Positions 1-16,387 of a stretch of DNA of 64,000 bases are shown one piece after another. The position numbers and the translations under genes were made by a program. The stretch is taken from NCBI GenBank assembly GCA_022813965.1, contig JALDZS010000072.1:1-64000 (forward strand). The letters run 5' to 3'. Below the pieces are notes generated by a model that was given only the letters and a program-made list of their open reading frames with translations, had not been told where the DNA came from and ran no database searches. Numbering within the stretch: position 1 is the first letter of the stretch; every line of letters begins with the position of its first letter. This stretch comes from Toensbergia leucococca. Lineage: Eukaryota.

Positions 1-1319
1 TGACTACGTTGATAGATACAGCGTAAGGATCACACTACGCACATAGCAATCTAACAAGACATTATTCATTTATCAGACACTACCGTAAGACTACTGCTAA
101 AACTTCCTATAGGAGGCCTCTAAGGTAGATAGTGGGATTTCGCCCCCGTAGCTTAGATTCTCCACTCATCACCATACCAATACCAGAGAAATTACCTCCA
201 TAAAGGAATATCCCTGACACAAGAGCAGCCTTGCAGTGCTACTGTAAGTAGGAAGATAGCAAAGCGATATAATCACGCCATAAGCAGGGCATCGAACAAT
301 CCAAGAAGAAAGACGGAACTATAGGTAAATGCAGGGGGTACCACGTACCAGAAATCCGCAAGAGAGGTGTGCATCGCAGTCTTGCTTTTGCTTCTTACCG
401 CCTCGCAGTAGCGCGAGTATCCTTCGGACCAACACAAACCAGCAACTTCCAACGAACGACAAATGAGCCGCAACACCACTACCACAAACTGTCAAATCTC
501 GTCGGTATTGTGTGAGACGGATGGAACTATTGACATGTATCTGCTCAGGTGATACTGTAAGCCTGTTCCCTTTTGAGCAAGTCACTACTGTCGCCACTCG
601 TCGCTCACTAAACTTCTATCCTCGCACTTCCAGCATTTGAGATTAAAAGTGTTTGATAACGTACTTTACACTTGATGATTGCTCCCCACGGTGGCTGTGT
701 ATGATCGAAGGGACTTGAAAGATTTCACATTTCCTCAGTCCCGTAAAAGAAGCTGGGGTAATAGCGGCTCCTACAATGTTCACCAAAAGCTACCAAATTC
801 TTAAATCCTTACACCAGGTACCCTCACTGCATTCTTGTCTCTAAAATTGGTCAATGACACTTGATCTCTTGAGCTATTATCTCTAGTACGACGATTTCTA
901 ATCTTACATATATCAGTACCTCGCTCGCTCCCTCACGCCTGTCAATTTAGCTTGACTACCTATATGGTGACTGAATTTCAGCCTCTATGACCTTTTATGT
1001 TGTAGGCGATCGCGCCTCATCATCTGGCCTTCCCATGCGATGCGCAAGTCCAATATCACATCTCAATACAATCTCTGGATTTATGCCAATCTAAGGGCTT
1101 TGAGTAAGGAGACTCTCAAACACAACCGGGTTTCTTTATCCCGACCTCGATGAAGCGAAAGACTATTGAAGACGACTACAGAAGATGGCTTCCAATAACG
1201 AAACTTAACCCAGAAAGTTCTCTCAATATGCGCTTGATAATTCATTCAAGGTCGTGAAGCCGCTGATCATATCACCCAAGTAAGGTCCCTGTCGACAACA
1301 CCTACAGAGGTCAAGAAAC

Positions 1320-2560
1320 TTATTCATGTCTTGCGCGTTTGCTCCTCCTTTCCTTCTCACGATTGTCGAGGAGATGACTGTCATCAATACATCCTTTCTT
1401 CACATCCTCGTCGTCGATCATTTCTTTGTTCATGTGGGCGAGGAAGCTCTCTTGCTCCTTGAGAAAGCTCTTAAAGCCCTTTGTGTCGATTCTTCTGCCA
1501 GCGCGCTTGGCATCTCGCAGCGTTTTGAGCTGATCGCGGACTCGCTCCTCAAGAATCTCAAGGCGATATTCGCCGAATTGAAAGTATAATTCGGACAAGT
1601 TTGATATTGGCCGAACCGTGGTTAAAACAGTGTCGTCACGCATCGTAGGGCAACGAGGGCGAAACGATGTCACCATTGTAATGCGCTCGGTTGCCCCTAG
1701 TGCGCGCAAAGCTTGATGCTCAATGTAGCGGCCCTGCAGAATGACAGCGCATCCCTAAGGAATATGAGATCGGAGTCAATCAATTGAGATACAAACTTAC
1801 CATCTGAGGTCCTCGAACCTTGATCATGTCGCCGTTTCCAGTCCTCAAGGCTGTCTCTCCGCCGATCATACTCGTGCAGTCGCTAAGCATAGTGACGCAG
1901 ACAAATGGATAGCTATCTGTATGCCAGTCTACAATTGGCTTATCGTCTTCCCAGGGGCAGCCAGAGATGCCTTCGTCAGCTTCAGTTGATGTTTTCTCCG
2001 CAAATGCCTCAAGTTCCTCCATCTTTTGTTTCTCTGACTTTACGGATATGTTCACGTGCCCAATCTCAAAATCCATCGCCGTCACGAGATCGACGCCCGC
2101 GACCTTGGAGACGATTGCGAGCGTTTCGGGGTTCTTCCAAGTATCATAGACGAAGGGAGCATAACTAGAAATCAGCTCAGACCAGCCTCGAGGGTCACTG
2201 GGCGTGCAAAGAGGGAAAGCCTTACTCGGGTGCAAAGCCTCTAAGCTGACATTGAGCCAGATTGCTTGAGTATTGACAATTGTCCCACACCGCCTCGCTC
2301 AATATCTCTGCTCGCATGCGATGGATGGCTTGGGAGGTGAAGAGCGGGAAGGGGCTCGACACGGCAATAGGAGAAACCCCAACATTCTCCGGAAAGTGAA
2401 GTTCACGCATGGTGTACACCTTTGACGGAGGGGTGAAGTCAATGTGTTTCTTAGGATTAAAGTTATCCGTACCCAGCATCTCAATCGGCGACCCCTGGAT
2501 AACCGGTATAAAGGACGAGCGTACTTGCTTAGGAGCCGGAAGGATACTTGCGGCAGCCAT
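1320..2560 (-). CDS. Fungal Fe(II)/2-oxoglutarate dioxygenase-like protein of unknown function; 3 coding exons (2560-2226, 2164-1801, 1754-1320)
   Basis: Three ORF-track pieces join in frame across GT-AG introns 2225-2165 and 1800-1755. HxD motif WHTDSYPFVCV, GGET, and distal His in GRYIEHQA. Probable 5'UTR intron 2730-2582 (GTAAGT...CTGAC...TAG). Confidence 0.8.
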
Positions 2561-5500
2561 CTTGTGCACTCTCCGTATATCCTACAGTAAGTTCCAGAGG
2601 TCAGTAATGAATCACAAGAAGCAGGTCCTGATTCCAACATAGTACTGCAAAATTGTTAGGAGGTAAAAGAGGCAGCTCCGCTAGCCTCCGACTCCGTCTC
2701 ATTGTCGAAGGGCTGTTCTTGCTTACTTACGTGGCCAAGAACTTTGGGTCACAACAGAGATGCTGAGTTGAGAAATATTATTCCACAAAGGACAAGGATT
2801 CAGGTATAGAAAGGATTTAAAACAAACGTGTATCAGTCGCAGAAGACAGAGAAGTACAAACTCTTTCAGACACGGAAGGTCGTTATATATTCATGAACAA
2901 CCTCATGAATCAGCTTCCCAAGACAGTATGGCAAAATAGACTCTCTCGATTACCCCGTCACAATCTCAGGCATTGCGGCATTGGAGCAGGTTGGCTAACA
3001 ACGTCTTTCATAACCGCCGAAGGTCCTCTTCCTGAGCAGCTCCCCCTGGTAATTACTCCTCCACACCTCGCTTTCAACGAGTCAAATGGTTGATCGTCGA
3101 GACCCACTGAGTTAGTGCGAGGGTGCTTGGGGACTGGCTCATTTAGGGTACCTTAGCCAACTAACTTTTCGCGTAATAGACCGGGAGAGTTTTCAACATG
3201 ATGGAATGTATTGCGATCTCGAACTGGAAGCAGTAGAAGGGATGAATTCATACGTCGACGTGTTGCTGGCGAGTGTGGAGGGCTGCTGTTGACTTGGTTA
3301 TCTTGTGGAACATGTTACTTGCTTTGGGTAGGTTGGCAAGTTTCTATATCGAAATTGAAGTAGCCCCTAGAAACGGATTCAAGGATGATCCTTGATCAGT
3401 GTCATTGGCCTCTATGCCCGCACTGACTGTGAGGCCGTTGCTGCTATGATCCGAGCGCGCAGGTGCATATCATCGACACCATGCATTGAACCGTCTGGTA
3501 ACGCGGGGCTGGGAACATAGCAAGATTTGTTACATGATATGCCACATGTGAAGGACGAGTCAATATCAAGACATTTTGTGATCAAGTGGAGTCGAAGGGC
3601 AGGTGTGGAGGACTACTGTGTAGCATGCGTACGATGTCGTTCGGACCAGGACTTTCTTGCCTGATCTGGACATGCACGTAAAATCCCTAGCTACAACAGC
3701 TATTCTTGACAACTTCTTCTGTTGCTGGTGCTTATCCGGCAGTGACCAACATGGCGACAGCGTCGCAAGTGCAGAATGACTGGTAATGCCTGGACGCATT
3801 GGCGTATGCCTGGATACCTGACACGCTGGCTGTCATCTTGTATCTTGCTTAAGAAGCGCACGACTCAGACAATCTCACTCTTATCTTGCTCTCACATGCC
3901 CCCGGATTTGACCCGTTGCTAAGTCAGGAGTGTATTGTTGATCGCTCTTGTATTCTTTGATATCTCTAAATCTCCATAGCGTGGGAGAATATCTAATCAT
4001 GGCGAACAGTATGAATTCTATTGAACGGGTATGAATTTGGTGTTCATTACAACTTGACAACTTGACATGAGGCTTACTTTGATACTATCTGCTGTCGAGC
4101 TTACAGTATCGATGAATTGGAAGCATCAATAAGGTATCTACCCCGTAGGGCAAGAGCACGATGACGTATGCTGTTATCGATAAGACGGTAAGGCAAGGTC
4201 CCGTGCTAAAATAGCGTCTCATTAGCCGGCATACTCGTACCTCATGGCCGATGACATGGGCAATTCCAACCGTGGCCACCCGAGTATCCTCACAACATCA
4301 CTTCCTCGATATGGGGGGGACAGAAGAAGCAGAGTCGGTATGGGCAAAGGCAGAGACGGCTTTTACAGGGTATGATGAAGCCCCTGGGTCAGGTTGTCCA
4401 TCAGCCATACTCGTCTTTGCGCCTCTCTGGACTTACATTACGCAGGAAGAGGAACAGCGAGTATTTCGACCCATGTCAAGAAGCGGCGTCTCGTAGCATG
4501 AGATGTCTACACAGGAATGGAGGAGATAGGGAATTGTGCGCAGACTACTTCCAGTGAGTGTTTCCGGATTAATCCCTGGATGTTGAGGCATCAATGCAAC
4601 ATGGCAATAGTATCATCATCTAATCGCTAGGCAATCTATCCCCAAGCCCAAGACATGGAAAGCGGTAGCTGATAAGATGGATTGTCTGAATAGGGCGTAT
4701 CGAGACTGCAAGAAGCAGTGGGTGAGTCCACCAAAATTGCAAGCTGGAGACTTGACATAACCATAGTACATGCTAATTGTATCGCAGATGACGGAGCGCA
4801 AAGAATCCAAAAGAAAGGAGGGCAAGACGCTCTTTCCCTGAGTAGAAGACCGTTTCGGGCACCTCTCACCAGGACTACAGTGCTTGTGATAACGGCAGTA
4901 CCAGCCAGGCTGGTAGATGGCGATAAGGAGGGTACCTTCGTAAGACTGGGTGGATGCAGGGTTAATTGAGACCAGAAGCTCTCCAGGAACTCATTGTTTG
5001 TCTAGGCTGGGGCTTTAGACTTTGCCTTATCTGTCGCATGTGCATTGTACTTCCGTAATCTCACGACGCTCCCGTGGTCTGGCCTGACTCCCACCTAGAT
5101 GGCTCCGATAATGAGGTGCAGTTGGACATGGCATGCGCGAATCTGTCTTGTGATCGAGTACGGAGTACGAGCAGCTCTTGTTGATTTAAGCTCGGCTTTG
5201 GCCTCGGCCTCATGCACCTAAGAATAAGCGAGATGCCTTACTCAATCTACCTACCTTACGGAGTAGGCGAGCTAGGCACCTAGGGTACCTACCTCACTTC
5301 TAGCTACCGAGCCATCTTAGCTCCACTACACGTCAAACAATCCATGACAGTCTACCATATCTTGTACCTTTCTATCTTGTATCACTAGCAATCCATGCAT
5401 AGTGTTTCCATTGCTTTTACAGGATGAGCTTAGCTCAGCCTGGCCTGCTTTTTGCTGCGAGAGACTAATTTGAGTTCAGTACTGGACGCTGTGTTCCATC

Positions 5501-8500
5501 ATGGTGCTACACCAGCAACTGGCCAGCCAAGGCCTGGAGAAGCACTCTTCCCACCGAAGCGAGCTCGCCACCCGTCTGGAAGAACAAATGCGAGATCTAA
5601 TTGAGGGCAAGCATTACAAGCAAGCATTGAGTCTTTGTGAGAAGAGGATCAAGAAGGAAGGGAGCCAGGACTTTCTGCTGGTCCGTTGTTCATTGGGGAA
5701 CCCGAAGTACAATTTTGACTGACGTCTAACCCACGTAGGTGCAAAAAGCGCTGATCCTTAATCGATTTCCCGATCAGACTCATCGAAAACAAGGCCAAGC
5801 AGAACTTGATACGCTACTCGAGAGGAACCCTCCTATCACAGATACAGTTGCCTTGATCTGCCTAGAGGAAGCTGTTCTAGATGAAAGAGAACTCAGCCCG
5901 GGATTTAAGTTAATATGGGAGCGAGCGGTAGGTGCACGACCTCAGTATGAACCATTGGTAGAATTGTGGTTTTTGAGGAGTTTCTCAAGGCGGGAATGGA
6001 AAGCAGCGCAAAAGGTACGCAAACATGCCTAGGCAGTGCCGCCAATCTGATATCGCCGAGTTCAGGCAAGTATGGTCTATCAAAAGAACTTTCCAAACAA
6101 CCAGAGACCCTTCATTTGGACCATATTATCCAGCTTCCTTGCTGGGACTGCTTCGAATGCCTCGGAAGTTGATCGGAAATTATTTGGGCCTCTCGCCTAC
6201 AAAATGCTCGCTAAGGCTGCAACAGACATCATGTCAGGCAATGTTAGTTTTCTCTAGCTTTCAGCACTTCTCAGATGCATCTACCTACTAAAATTTGAAA
6301 AGCCGCTGAGTACTGGCAGAACCCTCACCAGTGGCGAGGATCTTCTTCTATTATTGAGAGTCTATCGATCGCAAGGCAAGTACAACGAGGCACTAGCGAT
6401 TCTTGATGACCCCCATATCGGCATTTTCTCCCAAATTGGACAGAAGGCGTGGGAGCTGGTCCGGCAGAAGATTGACCTGTGTGAACAATGTGATCGCTGG
6501 GAAGACGAATGGTGGTTTTGTCGAAATTTATTAGAAGACGCTCTGTACGAGCACATGAACAAAGCTGGCAGATCTCCACACTTTACTTTTGGAAAGGTCG
6601 GAGATGACTGGAAAGTTTGGGTTGGGTTTGTGACCGCAGCCAGCAGAATCGGTTCAGAGTATGAGGTTACCCGAATACATTGACTCTATTATCTGACGTA
6701 AACAGGAAAATCGGTCTTACTCAGGACCTGATAGAGACATACTGCCGAGAGCGGCCTTCACGAAATGCCCGCTTAGCAGCCTTGCGGTTCCTAGCATTAG
6801 TCCCTACAGCTGATTCTGACGACCAAGAGAAGCTCCACCTTAGCTGTTGTCACTACTTCCGAGATTATTCTACCAGAGGAGTATGTTTCCATGACCTGGA
6901 AGCATACCTTCCGTACCTGCAGACCTTGATACAAGAGTCCTTTCTCAGTTGGATATACAACCACGCCAAAACGCTAAAGCCTCGAGAAAGTGATCCTGAG
7001 GCAAGTCCTTCCTTCTTCCGAGGCACCACCCTCACTGACGTTTCACAGTCAGTCGCCATATCGTGGATAACTGCAGAGATCAACGTGTTGAAGCTGGACT
7101 ATTATCTTATTGTCTCTCACGAGGATAATCTTGAGGTCTCAACTCTGCTCACCGCTTTTGTCAGTAATTGTCTTAGACTCTATAAGGTTTCCTTATCCTT
7201 AGGATTGGGCCTCCCTGCCAGTGAACGACGTCCAGGAGACGATGCTGCAATTTTAGCTGCTATGGGCCTTGTCCATCTTTTCAAAGTGGGGCAAAACTGC
7301 GCCCTGTTGCGGTGTGCAATCGTTCTAGACTTTCTGCTTTGTAATTCGAGGCATAACTACGATGCCTTGCTGATTTTGATTCGCGTCTACATCTACTTGG
7401 GTGCGGGATCATTGGCTCTCAAATGCTATACGAATCTCAATATCAAGAACTTCCAGAATGCATCAATGGCGTGGATACTCCTGACTCGTATCTCAACAAT
7501 TCATCCGAGTCCAACGGTTTCCCGGTCCATTCTTACAAAAAGGAAGCCAAGCGTCAAGCCATTGCAGGTTATAGATACTAACTTGAAATGGTATAAAAGT
7601 ATCGCAGTTGCGACTAAGGAAACGACAATGGAATTGCTAAAGACTGTAAGACCGAACACGGTCCTTAACTTTGAGTCGATCCACCAGTCAATGGACACGG
7701 ATTTCACGAAATACATGCTTACGGTTGAACGGCGTAGGATTGGACGATTTAGTCAGTCCATCGTACAAGACGATCTACATGATCTACTAGGTGTGTCACG
7801 AACCCTATTGACTCAACTAATCACTAATATGGGTGCTGCTAGGCGAAACTTTTAGCAAGGTGGAAGACAGTCGGGACGAGACGGCCTTTCCAAATTGCGA
7901 GGCTTACGGCCAAGCAAGATTCGAAGAATACATACGCCCTGGACCCAAGCCAAGGGTAAGTCCGCAATAGAGATACTAATGTTTGGGCTTTGGCTAATAT
8001 TGCGATGGTAGCTAGCATGGCTTGTTGATCAACTTCGTACTTTGAATCTATGGGTTTATGTCCAAGGCCATTCGTCGTTCGTCGATGAGTCGAAATTAAC
8101 AAACATTCTTGAGTACGCCGATCAGCTAGGCTCTGTGGGGATGAGTGGCGTAGAAATACAGGCTCGGGAAGTGACCCTCAAGCTCATAGCTTTTGTTTGG
8201 GCATCCAGGCCTTCAAACAAGAACGAGGGTCTCTTTGAGGCAGGCCTCCACGAAAGTCTTTCCTGGCTTGACAGATGGCACGCGGTCAACGCCGATCTCA
8301 TAGCTGTTATGGCCAGACAGCCATGGCGAATGACTTTCAGAGTGAATGAGAACATAGGGATACCGCACTGGAACTATTTTCATTGCATTTTCACCCTCCT
8401 GGAAACGTGCAAGTTGACCCAGCTTACCCTCGACAAGATAATCAGTCAAGGTCGGGCATCTGGCCTTCTCGATATCGAAGCTTTGGCCGCGAAAATAAAG

Positions 8501-8758
8501 AATATCCAAGAAAATATTAGTCAAGCTACTGCCGATGTCGGCAGTGTTGTATCTAGGATGCGAGACATACTATGCGAGTATGGCACAGCCTGCCAGCTTA
8601 TTGATGCAGGTATTGGGCGGCCTGGTGGTGTAGAAGACATGGTTGGACTGGAGCTACGCAAACTGATCTCTGGATCGCAGATGGAAATAATCGGAGCGAA
8701 GCTTCGCAGCAGTTGGATCGACGGGCTAGATGGAGTCATTCGAACCAAAATGGTATAG
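5501..8758 (+). CDS. MDM20: NatB N-terminal acetyltransferase auxiliary subunit (Mdm20/Naa25), multi-exon
   Basis: Consecutive plus-strand ORFs separated by short introns. TPR-like N-terminus, DDWKVW, CFHDL and HNYDALLILIRVYIYLGAG..Y..LNIK..Q segments typical of the family. Confidence 0.85.
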
Positions 8759-9038
8759 GCGGATTCCATGACATTTCAGCGTACATGCGACACGATTATA
8801 TGACATCAGGCTAGGCATCGGCGTTCGAAGCAGGGCACCTTGGATCAAGGCATTTAGGACATGGCGTTCGTGTCGCTTCTTGGAGGCTTCTGAGACTCTC
8901 TATGAGGAGTACTTGGACTGGCATTTGACCTCAATAGAAGGATCCGAAGCCAACTTTACCCCATATCTAGCCTAGTTTACTACGCCCTCTGGCAGAGCAT
9001 CACACAATGAAGTCAACGAGCTCGTGCCTTGGCGTTCA

Positions 9039-9704
9039 TCAACGTAGTCTATTCTCTTCGGCCTCTCTCTTTCTTGAAACTCTTGCCATCACCTCCTTCC
9101 GCTCATCACGAAGCGTTACAAATACCTGAATCTGTCATTAGAAGTACCTCGAGATTCCAAGATTCCGAGTCAAGTCCACTCACCCAGAACCAGCACATCA
9201 TCTCCAAGAAGCCCCAAGTGAACACAACGCTATTCTTCAACTCATCTCCTGCGCCCGTGATGTGGTCATCTGCCTCACTCGTCGCCGCCGCCCCTAGCCC
9301 GCCTGATTTAAAAACATACGTATAACCCGTCAGCGCGAAGAAAAACAGTAATCGCACAGGCGCCTGTGAACCCCAATAGAACGCCGACACTTCTTCTGAT
9401 AACGAGGCGGCAGTGAAATCAGAGATGCCGAGGAGAGCAAGCACCACCCCGAGGAAAGCAGTGGGGCCCGATCGGTTCATCAAAGAGGTTGGGTGAGGCT
9501 ATTGAGGGGCATCAGCTGGATGTGGTGTTTTACAAAGGCTTCAAGGCAGAGGAAAGGATGGCTAACGAGGCCCATTGCTTCTCCGAAAATCCAGACTAGG
9601 TTTTGATCTGTAATGGTACTGGGGGAGGTGATGAGATAGTAGGAGATGGTGAGGTGGAAGAGGGACAGAGATCGAATAATTGAGGTCGCCGAGATGATGG
9701 CCAT
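9039..9704 (-). CDS. ILM1: Ilm1 (increased loss of mitochondrial DNA 1) family membrane protein, 3 exons
   Basis: MAIISA..IRSLSLFHLT...DQNLVWIFGEAM, YWGSQAPVRL, LKNSVVFTWGFLEMMCWFW, and last exon VFVTLRDERKE...NRLR* (stop 9039-9041). Confidence 0.85.
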
Positions 9705-9959
9705 TGCTGAAATGTAAGGAGATGTTCTACTTGAGATAAATATTCAAGTGACCAAAACCTCCGCACATCAAACTCCTCGATGCACGAGCGGGCTAATTCC
9801 GCTCCGCCCTTGTTTAGCTTCCCTCGAGCTTCTCGTTCTGCTCTTTTCCGCCCATTTAAAATACCGTGTCCAACCGTTCTACGAGGACGCCAGTAGCAGT
9901 ATCGAGACACCGCTTGTCATCCTCAACACCATGACATAAAGGATGCTACGCGGCCAATC

Positions 9960-11512
9960 ATGTCAATATCCATCACTCCAGACATATCTGTATTTAACAA
10001 GGAGCGCCATATCAAATACTGGCTCCGCTGCCTCAAGACCTACCTACCTACCGGCTACACCTCTAACGATTCTAACCGTATGATGATCGCCTGCTTCACG
10101 CTTTCCGCCCTCGATCTTCTCGGCGTCCTGCATGAGCGTACCGTATCTACTGAGCGCGCTGAATATGTGGACTGGATCTACCGCTGCCAGCACCCCAACG
10201 GAGGCTTCCGGGGCTTCACGGGCACCGATGTTGGGGATTTACGGAACGAAAAAAATGAGTGCTGGGATCCGGCGAACTTGGCTGGGACTTATTTTGCGTT
10301 GGCGGCGCTGCTAGTGTTGGGGGATGGGCTGGAGAGGGTGAGGAGGACGGAGTGCTTGGAGTGGGTGAAGAGTCTACAAAGCCGGGATGGGAGTTTCGGG
10401 GAAACGATGCTGGATACTGAGGGCGTGTGGGTTCCTACAAGGGATGTGCGGTTCTGTTTCCTCGCCGCACTCGTACGGTGGATGCTTAGAGGAAAGGAGG
10501 AAGAGGAGCAAAACATACCAGATATTGATGTCGGGGGCCTTGTAGGATTCATCAAATCATCGCATGTATGTCAGCTTCCGGGAGCGAATTCTAAAATTGA
10601 ACACCTATTTACGCACATAGACTTATGACGGAGGCATCGCCAGGGCCCCGTTTCACGAAGCCCACGGTACGCACCTTGACGCTTGTGCTGCGCCGTGAAT
10701 AGCCAATGCTCATCTGGATGTGCAGCTGGTTGCACATACTGTGGCATCGGCACCTTAACACTGCTCGGCGCCTTGCCCCCTAAAAGTGCCAAATCCACTG
10801 CCACTCCTGCTCTGAACAGCACAGCAGCAGTTGGCCCGGACTTCGTCGAGACCACTGTTCAGTGGCTCGTTTCCCGCCAAACTTCGTTGCTGCAAGATTA
10901 CGAGGAATTCCAGTTGTCGGAGGAGGATCCATCTCACCCCGCCGAAGATCATGATTCCCAAAACTTGCACGCCCAAAGTGCTCACCCTCTTCCAGCAGAA
11001 ATACCTCACAACGTCCCCATGCCACCCCCGTCGCAAGATGAGCTACAATGGGCCGGCTTCAACGGCCGCTGCAACAAGGTAGCAGATACGTGCTACTCAT
11101 TCTGGGTTGGAGGAACACTAGGGGTAAATCAAATATCCCCACAAGCCCCTATTCCACCCACCCCCCTAAATCTCGAGCCTCACAGATCCTCAACAAAGTG
11201 CACCTTTTCGACTTCAACGCCAATCGTCGCTATCTGCTCGACAAAACGCAGCACCTAGTTGGCGGGTTCGGTAAATTGCCGGGTGATCCTCCTGGTATGT
11301 CGTGTCCCTGCGGCTTGCTGAATGCTTCGGCCTGAATATTCGTTCCCTTCTTTCTTCGACTGACCACGAACGCCACAGATATTTTGCATTCATACCTTGG
11401 TCTCGCCGCTCTGGCGACTATGAGAGAGGCAGAGCTGAAGAGCATCGACCCGACGCTGTGTATTAGCGTTAGTGCTAGAGAGGTTCTGGAGGGCCTGGCT
11501 TGGCGAAAGTAG
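9960..11512 (+). CDS. CDC43: Geranylgeranyltransferase type-I beta subunit, multi-exon
   Basis: Prenyltransferase repeats GGFRG, DVRFCF, HEAHAGCTYC, GFNGRCNKVADTCYSFWVGG, GGFGKLPGDPPDILHSYLGLA; stop TAG 11510-11512. Confidence 0.92.
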
Positions 11513-11865
11513 AATGGTGAGGCTGCGCACTTGGGCGATGCCTCGGTCATAGAGCAGTGCACTGTGGTAAGATGTATGTGGTTGATCGTCGATGACAGAA
11601 GGACGATTCAAGTCTTTTCTTGTGGATTTAGACTTCTGCTCCTGAGGCTCAAGACATCCTTTTAGACTTGTACTGTACTCGTAGACATCAGTCCTAGTCA
11701 CGTGCAACGCCATTGATTTTACATCCAAGCCCAGAAGCAGAATACAACATGAACGCTGAAGCTACCCACCGTAAATGCTACAACCAATGATGCCATATCC
11801 AATGCCTATGTAAGCACGTTTTTCAAACACCAAACACACATCCCTTTCGTTAGAAAATAATACAA

Positions 11866-14161
<2,296 letters not shown>

Positions 14162-14643
14162 GCCGTCTTGAGACGCTCTGGGGGTCGAGGAACTATTTCC
14201 TAGCTGTTCTGAGCAGCTTTCAACTAATATTCAGAGCTTATCGCGGGTATCCCGTACACTGACAATGCGCCGGCTTTATTGAGTAGCTCAGCGACTCCGC
14301 AATGGAGAGCACGAAGGTCTGCTGGGTTCTTGACATTTGACAGTTGCTCCAGATAAATCTCTAACTGCAAGTATTAGGGAAGCACAACAACCTCAATGGC
14401 AAATGAATTTAAGATGTATAAATACAGTTGGCATGAGCGGTGTTTGTGTTTGAAAATGCTCCTGTATTCAACATTTACGCGACACCATGATACCCTCGCC
14501 TCTCTCCCTCTGAACGTTGTTACGCATCGATTTTGATTACAATCTCTCGATTATTTTGGTTAATGAGATTATTTACATGCAGCGCTGCCCAGGGTTCATC
14601 TTGTAGGCAAATATCATGAATACCTACCTCGATGAAACTTATT

Positions 14644-16019
14644 TTACAGCTTTTGATATTCTAGCTTACCCTCAAGTTTCTTTGACTCCGCAACTTTCCT
14701 CACTGCCTTATTGAAGTCGTCTTGGTTGATGAAATCTCGATAGTCTTTGATGGCAAACAGCCCTCTGAAGACTTCTGTCAGTATTCGGTACCAAGGATCG
14801 GATCTTGGGATACATACGCTTCAGTTACCACGTTCCGCAAATCTGCGCCGTTGAGCTGATCACTCATCTTGACAACACTTTCGAAATCAATTTCCCCTTC
14901 CAACGCAACCCCACTCGTATGGATCTTTAGGATTTCCAACCTGCCGACTTCATTAGGCAGCGGAATCTCGATTTTCCTGTCAAGTCGTCCTGCTCGTAGC
15001 AACGCAGGGTCTAGTGTATCTGGACGGTTGGTTGCCATAATTATCTTCGTCTTACCTAAATAATCAAACCCATCAAGTTGATTTAGTAGCTCCATTAAAG
15101 TACGTTGAATTTCTCGGTCTGCAGAGGTCCCCTCGGAGAATCGTCGACCCCCGATCGCGTCAATCTCATCCATGAAGATGATACAGGGTTCATGTTCCTT
15201 TGCATAGCCGAACATTTCCCGAATCAGGCGTGCGGATTCGCCAATGTATTTGTCAACGATGGCCGATGAGACGACTATAGTATAATTAGCTTCTCCTACC
15301 CAGTCTTTTCTGGGGGCGGAACAAGAAATACCTTTCAAGAAATTTGTCTCCAGCCCACTTGCCACTGCCCTTGCTAGTAATGTTTTCCCAGTTCCAGGAG
15401 GGCCGTAAAGCAGGACCCCCTTTGGTGGCTTAATTCCTACTCTTAGAAATAGCTCGGGGTTTTTCAACGGTAGCTCTATGACTTCTCGTAGTTCTCTTAT
15501 CTGCTCGTTCAATCCACCAATGCCTCCAAAACTGACCTGACCAGGATCTTCTAAAGACATATTGTATACCAAAGGATCGACTTCTCTTGGTAACATTCGC
15601 ATTATGGTGAGGGTAGTCATGTCGAGAGCAACGCGCGTTCCTTGTTTCAGTTTGACCTTGTCAACTTTTGACCTACAGCCAACAACGTAACGAGGCCCCG
15701 AAGACGCTTTGACAATGACTGCAAAATAGTGGACTCAGTAAGCTCCAAACAGGAGTTGTGAATCGAGTTCGAGATTCTCCTGTTCAGGTAACAGAAACTC
15801 ACATCTCTCTTCATCCAGTTGCTTCAACACCTCCCCTATAATCTGACCCACGCTCTGGAGCGCTTTGATGTTGTCCTCTGTCGTGTCAAAGTCCTTCTGC
15901 AGACCCTTAATATCCAGTCGCAGAGTCTTCAGCTTCGCTTCCCACTCTCGCGATTCTAATAACTTATTCTTGTATTGCTCTAGTGCATCGCTCCGCTCCG
16001 GATCTTGGGCGCCTTCCAT
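14644..16019 (-). CDS. RPT4: 26S proteasome regulatory AAA-ATPase subunit Rpt4 (PSMC6), 4 exons
   Basis: [19 protein letters not shown], Walker A GPPGTGKT, Walker [29 protein letters not shown]-terminus KLEYQKL*. Confidence 0.97.
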
Positions 16020-16387
16020 AGGTGAAGAAAAAATTTTGTCTGAAAGACTTCGTTCGATATGATTTGATGCCTTTGGTTACTTGAATCTCCAGAAAAGTAA
16101 GTAAGATAGATACAGCTATGGGCGAACTTAGGACGGTTGCTTTCTGGTACTCTGCAGAAGTCAAGCTTAATTCAAGAGGCTTATGGATGAGTATGGCCGT
16201 CTTAGGTTGATGATGTTGATCCCAAGAGCTTCAGCCACCAAGCCGTACGCTAAGTCATTAGTGCCCGGTAAGATAATCCGAGCCGTGGCTGCCGAAAGTT
16301 ACCCCTCGGACTACCCCGCCGAGCCCGCTAGCCCGCCAGATTCACCGTTGGGCTGAGGTTGGGATGTCCTCAACTATTACCAAGTTC

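Noticed and set aside
1..1300. Short minus-strand ORFs (273-485, 319-597) with possible splice sites
   Set aside because: No recognisable protein and no consistent exon chain could be assembled.
4085..4969. Cluster of 60-83 aa ORFs in the long intergenic region
   Set aside because: Overlapping on both strands, no motifs, and of a size expected by chance.
15275..15331. Apparent 19-aa insertion in Rpt4 after Walker A
   Set aside because: An ordinary 57-nt GT-AG intron that happens to be in frame; splicing restores FLKVVSSAI.
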